From Amphiscolops sp. MND2022 (Eukaryota), in assembly GCA_964187785.1 (NCBI GenBank), contig OZ076409.1, positions 2,854,001 through 2,918,000 on the forward strand: a stretch of DNA of 64,000 bases, read 5' to 3'. Numbering within the stretch: the stretch's first letter is position 1; each line of letters opens with the position of its first letter. The notes under the pieces were generated by a model. The model was not told the origin of the DNA. It searched no databases and was given only the letters and a program-made list of their open reading frames with translations. The position numbers and the translations under genes were made by a program. Shown here piece after piece: positions 35,701 to 47,700 of the stretch.

Positions 35701-38700
35701 CGGACACTTGACAGTTTGTCAGACCAAGATCCACAGAAGGGTAATCAACACGAGGTTTCAGCGCCACCAAACAACATAACTTGAAGACACGAACTAAACT
35801 CTTGCGGGACAAGAAACTGTAATCTGATAACAAGTATTGCTGAGCATCAACAATGTCCTCTGCACTGGCCCCACAATCCTCATGCCGCCTCCGCGCATCC
35901 ACAACAAAGGTCGAATACTCCTCAACAGCCGTCCTCGACTCGGAAGACGACAAACAACCACTTGACTCCAGGACCCGAATCAACTTGCTAAACAGACCCA
36001 ACATGTGACGGTCATCTCCTTCTAATAATAATTCTGGACAAAACGCATAAAGTCCTTGAGAAAACTCCCCAGTCACAGGTTGTTGACCCAGAATAGCGTC
36101 CACCAGCCGGTCCATGAATTTTCGACACTGCTCGCGGAAAGTTCGCCCACTCCCGTCATTACGACCATGTAAAGTCGACCCGAACGAATGGTTTCGCAGA
36201 AAATCGTCAGGAGAAATAGAATCGAACTCGTCCACCTTCTCCGCATCCATATACTCCTCCCAATTGTGCAAGCCTGGGAATGAACTGATTTTCCGGGTAC
36301 GCGACAACAGGCAGTAGACAAACTGGCACACTTCCATGTAGAAATGAAAACAGTAGTCCATGCGTTTGGACAGCAGCTTCTTGAAGGAACAACGATCTAA
36401 ACATAAAACATTACCACCATATATATGAAGTCAACATACCCAAAATCCCAACCTGACAGAACCCATCCAATAAATAGCGAAAGCACAACAACTTACAAAG
36501 CTCCAGGATGTGTAGAAGAAGACCCAATCGTAGCTCACCCACACCATCAGAGTACACAGCCCAGTCAGTGCCTCGCATCTGCAAAAATCAAATATTCCCA
36601 CTAACGTTACCAACACCACACGGGGAAAATAGAGAAAAGAACACAATCAACATGAGAAAAACAACTAAATAGCCAAATACATCGATACTACGAACAATGG
36701 GATATAACTTACCCGGCCAGCCTCAGTTTTGATATGACGCGGTGCACTATCTCTGATGAATTTCCGCACTAAAGTCCACACAGAGAGCAAATCCTTGACG
36801 ACATCACATAGGTCAAAAAAGAGCACTCGTCCAGCAATCACACTCCGTCGCAGTATTGGCAAATCGTCGAACCACGATTCTTGTAGGGCACCACGCAAAC
36901 GCAAAACCAGGAAATCAATCATGGTGGTCACTTCCAAACCACCAAACACCTCCTGATAAGCCTTCTGTACGTCTGTACGAAACACTTATGAGTCCTCTCA
37001 TCCTCGACAAAGAACACACTGTACTCACGAAACGCAGAAATCCGCGAAATGAGCAACCGCAATGCCCGAGGGAAAAGCGCACGGCAAATTATTGAGTAAA
37101 ACACAAACCAAAAATTACATCCCGAAATGCCGAAAGTTACTCCCTATGACTTCTAGCAGACATCAACACAAAACAACCATATACAAATCAAAAGCAGAAA
37201 ATAGAACAGGAAAATTAAGACTCACCAAGGATTCAGCAAGGCTCCAATTCAAACTGTAGAGGGGATTCTCTCGGCCCAAAGTCGCTCGAAAACTCCCCCA
37301 AAGACGCCGCAAGAGAGTATAGCTTCCACCCGACCGCAGCAACTCAACCAGACAATTGATCATCGTCATCAATGGGACACTCGAATTAGCTTGAGTGCAT
37401 GCTGGCAACAGATCTTCCGGGAAGCTGAACCCCTCACTTTTTCCTTTGCGAGGCCGATCACGATACTCCGACAGTTGAGCCTCAGTCAACACCATCGGGT
37501 CCATCAATCTGTTGAAAACTGGCATGTCGTTCTGCACACGATAGCTCACGTCCAAAACCCAGTGTCGTTTACCGAAAAAGTGGCGAGCAAATTCAGCAGG
37601 GCCTCGTGACTCCATCGATACGTCTCGCTGACATATCATACAGTGGAACAACTTATCAGATCCAGTACTTGACCCACTGACGAAGAGCTCAAACACGGGG
37701 TGCCCCGAAACCATGTCGCGTCGCAACCGATTACGAGGACTGTAGGCTCGTTTTCGCCCTCGAGTGGCCCCCTTCAAAGTCGACTCCTTTCTCTGTATCA
37801 ACTCCTCGAATTCTATAATGGACAAAATGCAATTTCAATACAAGACAACAACAAATAAACAATACAACATAGAACCTCCATATGGAGAACAATCATCAAA
37901 AAACAAAAAAAAACAAAAAACAAAAAAAAGAGAGAAAGGAAAACAAACAAAAAGGAGGAGGAAACGATATCACCACAAAGGAAGAGAAACAATGCGGTAC
38001 GAATAACCATCAAACCATACTTACTAGCTACAAATGGATCCATGGCATGTCTCTCAGTGTCTGACTCGACAACCGGTCGCTGCCCTGGAATCAGTGATAG
38101 AATTTTACTGGTAGTAGGTTCAGCGACTTCTTCATCTCCACTGCTGCGCACATCGAACTGAACATGCCTACCACTGCTTTGTGACGTACCCGGACGAAGT
38201 TGCAGCAACTTTCCACACTGCCCAAGTGACTTTTCTTTTTCGGGAGCGGCCAGTAAAGCTAATATACAATAGCAAGCAATATTAAGCAGCACAATCAAAC
38301 CGACTATGGGAAATTAACTTACATAAATCAACAACCAAAACCAACAGTCAACTCACTCACCACGTTTGGAAGCAGGAGAACTGACTCGACTGCCGAATGA
38401 CTGACTGGAACCAGGCAAGAAATCACTGAACCGTGGAGAAGACGTCTTTGCAGCAACATCATCTCCTGGCGTTGTTTCTATTTGCTTGCTACTTCCTTGA
38501 AGAGGGGGGGACAGAATCTCACCTCCGCGAGTCTCTGAAGCCACGGAAGAACGAATCTGCTGTGCGAGAGCTCCCAAAGTCATGTCCAAATCGTCAGACT
38601 GACAAACAACAGAGTCACTAATGACAGAACCAACTCCACCAACAGAAACCCGAGTAGGACCACCTGGGAGAGAGGTTTCCAGAGTAGAGGCGAGAACACC

Positions 38701-41700
38701 ACCAGCAGGGGACGGAATAGATGGCCCAGAAACTGAAATTAAATTCCCGTATTGACGCGTCAGAAAATCTAAGCTGTGAAAATACGAAACAGAAAAGGCC
38801 TATCTGAGAGTAGTATTATTCATAAAAGCTTAATGGTCCGGGGAATGACAAACCCACCTGTTGCCAGCCGACGAACAATATCGCCATCACTCTGGTAGAT
38901 GTCTCCCTCAGAGAACACGAATTGAGTTTCATTGCCGCTCTGAGCGCCGGTGTCACGACAGGACGGAGGAGGTTCCTGATCCATCTCAAAATAGCAGAAA
39001 TCTGGAAAAAAGAGGATATGAAAACAACAATCAAAACTGACGTCACCATAACGGCGACAAAAATGAAAGTTGGCTAATCACCAACGAAATTGACATCGGC
39101 ATAACGTCGACAAAAAGGTTATCAGGGTTAAGAAATTAATCCTATATCCTAAAATGACGTCATCAAAACGGTGACAAAATCAAAAGTTAGCTAAGCTAAC
39201 GAAAATGACGTCATCAAAACGGTGACAAAATCAAAAGTTAGCTAAGCTAACGAAAATGACGTCAGCATAACGTTGACAAATTTGGCCAAGTAAATTATTT
39301 CAATTTACAGCCAATAAAATGCGATGTCGACATAACGTCAACATCTGAAGATTAAAAAGGATTAAAATATTTGAACAGCCAATCAGAATGGAGAGAATTT
39401 TCCAATTTTCTCCTTAACCCAAATTAAAGCAGGAGATCATTGTGGAACAATTAAATACAAACGACAGCTGCAAAAGAAAAGAAACCTCACAAAGAAGATG
39501 AATAATTTACTAGACATTTACGAGTTGATCGACATTTCATCGTCAAGCGAAGAAGAAGGCGAGATCACAAGAGCTTCTACCCCGTTACCGAGGGCCAACA
39601 AAGAGTACCCCAGAATAATTGTCGAAATACTGAACTCGTCAGCGGAAGCTACTGCAGATGAAGAAGAATTCCTCGACCTTTCTCTAGACTCCCTGGAATC
39701 TGAATGCAAAAGAATGAAACTCAGTGAACCCTACACGAGCTTCGAAACAGTGGAATCGGGTCAGTACCCTCAGTCGGAAAGCCCCGAAGAAATAGTAATG
39801 GCCGCCTCCCCAGAGAGCCCAGATGAAAGCTTGTCATCTGACATATTTGTTGTCGAAACATCGGCAAATGATAAGGAGTCGATAACGAGCAGTAAAGTAG
39901 CAGAATATCTCGGAAAAGTACACCAGGAAGACGCTTCTTCTTACTTCAGCACCCCGACGAGAACGCCAAAAAAGATCAATCTTTTGCAGGCAAGCCCTTT
40001 GAATGACTTGGAGAGGAGAGTACAGACGAACACCACTACTCCAACAATCGCCTCACTGCTCAGAGCCCCGGGCAGCGTCAATCTTCTTACAAGAGCGGCC
40101 CTGTCACAGCCCGTTCCCGGTCTGGCTTGTGGTTGCCGACGGCTGAAGATAGGGAGAGGACATGGAAGCAATCTGAGATTCCCCAAATCTTTCTTTAACT
40201 GGTAACTCTAAAACTTTATCTTTGAAATAAACTGTGACTAGAAATGTGAAAAAACATCTAAACCGCGCAAACTTCAACTGGAAATGAAAACAGAGAACAA
40301 AATGAACCAAAATGATTTCACGCATTTCCGGTTAGACGTATTTGTCACGTCAAAATAGCAACATTCGCCACCTGGAAACTAAATTGAATTACATTCTAAA
40401 ACAAAGAAAGCATGGTCTAATCCAAATGAAAACGTAGTCAAAATCATCTCCCAAAAGAACATTAATCAGATCTAAAATAGAAAATACACTGAGATGGCAC
40501 ACCGATTGGTTTAAGCCTTTTTCTTAGAAAGGCAGCTTAATTACTCTTTGAACAGCAATTAAAGTGGTTTAGGACGTCAATACTGCGCTGAGTAAACAAA
40601 GCGGCAAAAGAAATAAGAATACATGTATATTTGTCGTCAGTAGGACGTAGACAAGTTTGAAGGCATACCAATTGACGTCACTGCCTCGCATACGCGTACC
40701 AGCAAATCATTCCAATTATCCGCCTATACTAATAACATTGCTAGGAATCATTCCGCCACTGTGACGTCACTGCACCGGCAGCTAGCGAGAGACTCATTTC
40801 TAAAATACTCGTCAGCATTGCGTCAGACTAGTCAAAATCTCTATTCTGCCAAGAAAACTCGTCAACATGACGTTGACAAGTTTATGAATCTTAAATTCTG
40901 CCAAGAAAACTCGTCAACATGACGTTGACAAGTTTATGAGATTGAGCAAAATGGATGAATTTGCAAGATCAGTTAAGGTTTCATCGCACTAAAGTTGCTA
41001 TCATGCTAAAAGAAAATGATTGCAGACTATTTCAATTCGTACAACAAGTGTAGATGCGGTATTCCCTATAACTTAAAGTACCAACTTAAAGTAGTTTCGA
41101 CACATATAGGATAGTTTAATTCCACGATAATTGATCGTCTCGCAGTTATCAACATCGGGGAATTTCCATTACATAAACCATTTTTCCTCTATAGGAGTTC
41201 ATAGTAAAATAATCAGAAAGTCACAGTTTATGCTTTCAACTAAAGTATATTTTGTACTGAAAATGTATTTTCATATACTTCGCATTTTTGTACTCTATGA
41301 TATTGAACGCTACATTTATGACCAAGGTCATACCGTTCATACTAATTCAGTTGTTGTTATCCATTAAATGCGTTACGTTGGCATTGCAATTTAACAAACG
41401 TTGCTGTTAATTTCGTAAAACTTGTCGCAGTTGTCACGACTTGACCAATTTACTAATGGTGCATTATTTTAATATCATGTTTTTTAATTCCATTTCCAAG
41501 GGACTCAGTCTTTTGCTAGTGCTACAACTCAGTTGTTCCAAACTTGCTATTCTCAAACTATTTTCGTTCTTCTAACCCTGTTGAAAATCAGAAAGTGAAA
41601 ATTGAATTCTTCAAGAATAAATCTTTCTTCAACAATATGTCTACAACACGAAGCCAAAAGAGAAAGAATACCCAGCGAGAAGTTGATGATAACGTAAGTG

Positions 41701-44700
41701 AAGGTTTTGTATCACCAATAAATATGGAGAACTCTTGCCTTTTAGATCAAAACGTAGAATTAGCGGGTCCTTCAAGACCCAAGTCCCCGAGGGTAGAAAA
41801 TAGCTTCTTGGAACGCATAAGATCCTCTCTGAAGGAAGAAATAACGTCCGAGATTAGGGCTCTTTTACTCGAGTCTCAAAAGGAAATGTTGAAACTCTTG
41901 GGATCTGAAACGAAAGAAAACGCAAGAGATGAAGCATCAGAAGAGCTAGGAAATGAAACGCGAAACCTCTATACTCCGACGAAAACAGTGCGAATTAATC
42001 CTACCCAAAACGAAGATCCTAGTATAATTCGTAACAGGAAACTCTGGGTTCAGCACAGAAAAATACAAGATTCGGCGGGCAAACCGTGGTTTGGCACGTT
42101 TTCAGCTATTGTATACCGTCTGTTTTCTCGGCTGTCTCGCGGGGCGGCTTTTTTGACCTTTGCTCTGCAATTTTCTGGCAGGTACTTCGTCAAAAGCATG
42201 CTCAGGATGCCACGTCAGATTTGAACGAAGTTTTCAGAAATTGTCAAAATTTCGTTTGGTTACAGGAGGCCGTTACAATGAACAGCTGAACGGAGGAATA
42301 AAACAGCTCAGGAATATCACCTATTCAATTTTAAAAACAGATTTTTTTCCAACTTCCGTCAATAAAAGATCAAATTTTAAGAATCAAATCCACACCAATA
42401 AATTATTTATAACTTTCACATGGAAGGTTATCCAAGTATGCACTTTTTCGTAAACGTTGATCTATATGATTTGTGTAGTAAGCTTTTCAAGGAACTGTGA
42501 ATAATATGCATCGAAAGTCTTCTGTTTTTACTCGGCACTTTCTGTAAAAACAGACGTGCCCGACTAGTCAGTAGATTAGTTTTACTTCAATTTAATATTT
42601 TTCGTAACAGCACAGAATCTTTGCGAATGTTCCATTTTTCAACGCCGAATATGTTCACGCCGACTGTAGTTAGGATGGTCGCTTCCCGTCGGCTCCCGAC
42701 TTAAGTGGTCTTTATGTGTCAAAGGTCCTCCTTTGGGTTTTTTCAACACTGAGTGACTTTTTTCTCTCTCAATTTTTTGTGAGAACTTTTTGTTTTGTAT
42801 CAAGAATTAATTAACAGCAGACTTTTAGAACGATATTTTTTTGGGCCTGAAGATTCAATCATTGAAATGTATTTATGATGGTTTGCTCATTGAGCTAGAA
42901 AATTTTTTAAAGAAGCATAGAGATATAGCCTTAACTGAAACGTGGCTGACAGAAAATGACTCCATTAACGAATCAACTCGACCTCTTGAGTCGAAACCCC
43001 GGACCTCAGGCATACTTTTTTTTGTTCAGGAATATGTTTCGTACAAGCCCTTGATTTTTGAAACAAAAATACAATGTCCTATAATAGAGGTGGACTTCGT
43101 TAACAACCAAAGATTGTACTTTTGTGTCGTATATGGACCTCAGAGTCACGAGCGAAAAGACTTTTTGCCGCCGTTTGAAAAAGTATTGCATTTTTGAGAA
43201 GCCGAAAACATGATACTGTTATATTTGGAAACTTCAATACTGATACACTTGTAGACTCTAAATCCAGGAGTGATTATGAAAAAGTACTGTATGCAGTTGA
43301 TTTTAAACAGCAAAACTTTCAGCCAAAAGGGTTACCGCAACAGCATCCACTGGTTTGGATATTTTTATCACAGGATTCCAAACGCAAACAATGACAATTC
43401 CCACAACAATTAGTGATCATTTCAGTGTTCTAGGTGAGATACTTCTATCAACAGTTGGAATAAAACAAAAAGCCTCTTTTCGAAAAACAAAAGACCTTCG
43501 TGGCTTTGAAGGGGAAATTGCACTGAAGTTTCTTTTTTCGTTAGATCAAAAAAGTAAGCAGTACCTAATTCGGAGGGAAAGACCCTACGGAGAAAATCAC
43601 CTGATCGGTATTTGAATGTGTTGATCGCTTCGCACCAGAAAATTTATCAATTCACAAAACAATGGAACTGACTGGGTTACAAACAAAGTTAAAAATGCTG
43701 TGACGAAACGCGATAAACTTTTCCACAATTGGGTTTTGGATCCCAGTGATTTTAAGAGGAAAACATATAAAAAAGCGCAATTTAGTCACTTCAGTCATAC
43801 GAAACGCAAAAAAGGCAGCCAATTTCCACAAACGTGGAAAAAATCATCTACCAAGACGATGAATAGAACTTTAAAATGCCAAACACGAAGTAATCAACCA
43901 CATAACTTGAAAATAGAAATTGATGAATTGGACAAGTTTTTTACATATAGGTAATTAACTCTCCTGCCAAGTACCAAAACCACATCATACCATTGATCTC
44001 CCATGTTTTGGTAAGACAATGGTTTTGAATGATACTAGTCCCGATGCTGCACAAATTATTTTAAAATATGAAAATAAAAGTTTTGAATCTGATGACATCA
44101 GAACTGAAATTCACAAATGCTGCTCACCAGAGGTAGAAGAACATCTCTCTAAAGCATTCAATGAATGCCTCAAGATTGGAATTTTTTCATAATGCCTTAA
44201 CATTGCAAAGGTTAAATATATATATATATATATATACACTCTTGATCTTTGCATCTGATTAAATAGACTTTTTTCTTTATTTCTTTTTTGTAAATTCCGA
44301 TGACATGTTTTTCCCATATTTGGGGTTTACGGAATCGTATTTTTCGAAAAAAAATTGGGTATGTTTTGATATTCTTGGAAGCATTTTTGGAGAAAAGCGT
44401 TGTTGAAGGTCACAGGTCCCCTCTTCTAATTTTTTGGCCACTCTGAAGGTTACGAACTTTTCCTTAAAGTCACCCTGCGCGTTTCTATGTGACTTTGACC
44501 TTTTAGAGCTTTGATTGTAGTGGGGCGCCGACTTTAGACTGTCCCATCTTGTTACAATACGGCCTTTTTCCAGATTTCATGTTCTTTTACTATGATCCTC
44601 TTGTGGCAATGTTTAGTTTAGGTTTTGCTGAAACCCCAACTTTATTGCAAATCAGGTAAAAAGTGTTGCTACCTGTGCGACAAGGGTAAGCTCTTCCGAA

Positions 44701-47700
44701 TTGAGCGTTGACAAAGACCCCACCAGCGAGATTTCGCCTGTCTCCGAGTCGATTGCGAAAACATCAGGGTACTGATTGCCTGAAATCGACAATTAAAACC
44801 TAAATTGTCAGCAAAAACTTTCAAGTTAACTTTGAGAATCGGTCCACATGTATAGATGTCGATCCTTAAATATGTTGTCTAAATTGATGGCTTTCATTGC
44901 CTCTAAATCTGGGATATTGAAAAAAAACTTTCGAGACCAAAGATTTGGAGAAAAGTTAGTTCAACAGAGGAAACACATAAAAACAGTACATATTCTATTC
45001 TATAGAAGCAATTAAACTTTCTATACATAAGAGCAATTAAAAGCAACCTAGTTTAACTTTCAGAGGATCAGTTAATTTCTCCCTGAAATTACCACCCTTC
45101 CGGGAAAACCTTTGGGTCCACACCTAGATACAATTAGAGCCCAGAAGACCAATTAAAATGTTCAAGGGCAACCCACAGAAAAATTAAGGAGCTTGAAGTT
45201 TCTTATCTATTCAATTGAAAAAATGGACTATTAGGACAATTGACTCTTGATTAATCCTAGATTTGTAGATTAACATTTCCCATGTACTCATTTTTCGCTA
45301 GTTGAAATTATAACTTTAGCTTATCTAAAAAAAGCTTACCTTGGAAATTTTTAATGTCCTTGAAGTTTAAAAAACTCAGAAGAAGCTGCACTTTTATGTA
45401 TGAGGCATAAATTAGCACATCAAACTTTTCCTAGATAATTATCAAACTGAATTTTCGATTAGCTCCATTACCATACGCAATGTCAGTGCGTAATGATTGA
45501 TGGTTTTCTTGTATTTTAACGGCAATAGTGAGAAGCGATGTGTAACATCACGAATTTTTTCTCCTGGGGCTCGCTGAATTTTGTAGACATCATCTAAAAA
45601 TGTCTTGCACACAGTAGCGTTCTGAAATATCGCAACCTCATTGCTTAAAATGGCAAAATTCAAAACCGAATATCTCGTAAACTGTCACAAATGCAAACAT
45701 TTGCCAGCTACAAAAATTTCTCAGAATTTCATCTAGTTTACAAAAATGTTTGTTTGAAATTTCTGCCACCCACACTGAAAAAGTTAGAAAATGCAAACTT
45801 TTAGAAAATTTTAATTGAAGTTTGAGTTTTGTCGAAAATTGAGTGGCTTAGAATTGAAATTTTTGGAATTTTTTTCATTCGGAGACTCCTTATTTCAATC
45901 AAAACATATCAGCATCTTCGGGAGATTTGGGGGCAAATAATTGGCTGAAAATTTTTCAAAATAATTTTTTCAACTTGTGAAAATCAAGAAAAAGTGGAAA
46001 TTTGATGAAATTTTGTCAAAAATTCCAATTTCTAACTTTTGTATTTTTTGTTGCAGAAATTTCAAACAAACATTTTTGTAAACATGATAAAATTCTAAGA
46101 AACTTTTGTAGCGGACAACTTTTTGTATTTGTGACAGGTTTTGAAGATATTTGGATTTGAAAATCGCAATTTTAAGCAATGGAGTTGCGATATTTTTTAG
46201 AACGCTACTGTACAGGTCTGCAGTATGTAAAACTTCGGCAGCTTCGTACAGAGAGTGCTCAATGAAAGAAGGAGCGCATTGGCACTGTGATATTTTTGGT
46301 TGCTTCGTAGCAACAGAATCGAGGAAAAAAACTAGTCAAAAAACAACCCGTCGAAAATGCTATTAGAATCTAGTTGCAAGTTACGGTGAATTTTCTCAGC
46401 CACGTTTAGTGCTGTAGCATAACCAGAGCCGCATATGCGGTAAAGGAGTCGGCTTAGGTCTTTTTCCTTCTGACTCGCTCCAATCCCAGTCAAACCAATT
46501 TATTGAAATTGCACGCATAGGCCCATATTATGGTGCAAAATGACTGTAGAAATTTCGTTCGAATCGTATGGACAGTTTTTGCGAAAATCAAAAAAGTCGA
46601 AAAATGACTGTTTTTTGGTCAAATTCGGCTATGTTTCTCACATTCCAGTCATACCATTTTGATGCCTTTGCGCGCGCAGGGGCCCTTTGGGTGTAGAATG
46701 GCTGTGCAAACTTTCATGAAAATCGTACGGACAGTTTTTGAGAAATTTGAAAATTTTTCATTGAAAGGTCGGGAGAAAAAAACGACTTGATTGCATAAGT
46801 AGTCGAAATTTTTTCCGACTCCCAATTATTATAATTTTGTGGTCGTACTGTATTATGAACAAGAGTATTACCCTGTAAACTAAAAGTAAGACATTTCAAG
46901 CAATTATTCTACTGGGAAAGCTGTATTATGAGTAGAAAAGGTGGTATTTTATGGTATATAAAAACGGGGGATTTTAACAGAAAAGATCCGAAAATGAATT
47001 TTGAGTATAGAGTTACTTGAAAAATTTTCTCACCAATGAGTTCAAAGATGAGTTGCATCTGCTGAGCACTTTGCTTGACCTTGAGTGTGAAAACTTCGGA
47101 TCCCACAGTTGACGCCAGAGGCAAATATACCAAATAAGGCAGCCCTTCTAAATGAATGCCTTCGCCAGAAGCCGCTGTCACTACCAAGGAGAGCGAAGTT
47201 TCCGAGGAGAGAGTAGGTTTGTCTGCACCACAATAGGCATTTACCTCGATAAGTTTTTATATAAATTTTGTGTTCAGTTTCCAAAACCAACCCCTTCCAC
47301 CCCCCCCCCCCCCAGGTACACCTTGTTGCGAACAACCCCCCCACCCCAAAAAAAACGAAAGCACATTTTTTTCTTGAATAAATATATTTCACTAATTAGA
47401 GAATATTATATGAATGTAAATGCTTAGAGGATTGTCTCTACAACTGTTTTGACACTTCAGGCGAAAAATACCCTAATTTTTTGATAATATTGTCCAAAAT
47501 AGCAGAAAATCGCGCTTGGAACAAGTTAAAATTGCATAAATTGGCCCCTATTTCAACGCAATTTTCCTCCGTTATACAATCTGATGAGCAACTTTTAACT
47601 GACAGTCAATGTAAAAGATAGGATAATGTCGACATCAATTCTTTTATTGGACCAAAATTCCAACTCAAACGATGTCGACATAATGGTATTTCAACCTTGT

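Larger units (their letters stand above)
26747..42036 (+). mobile_element. Element C: full-length (15.3 kb) inactivated Ty3/Gypsy related to element A
   Basis: Two TG..CA LTRs, TSD GGAAA (26742-26746, 42037-42041), PBS, gag, pol, antisense spliced gene, extra sense ORF. Confidence 0.96.
26264..42277. mobile_element. ~720-bp solo-LTR-like repeat split by element C (26264-26746 plus 42042-42277)
   Basis: 9-bp inverted termini TGTAACGGC / GCCGTTACA; only a 3-bp ATG flank duplication, so class uncertain. Confidence 0.45.

Noticed and set aside
40085..40101. Polypurine tract for element C
   Set aside because: Only AAGAGCGG followed by CCC; too weak to call.
35164..40205. env gene in the post-pol region
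   Set aside because: No signal peptide, furin site or TM anchor in the sense ORF; the large gene is antisense and looks nuclear.
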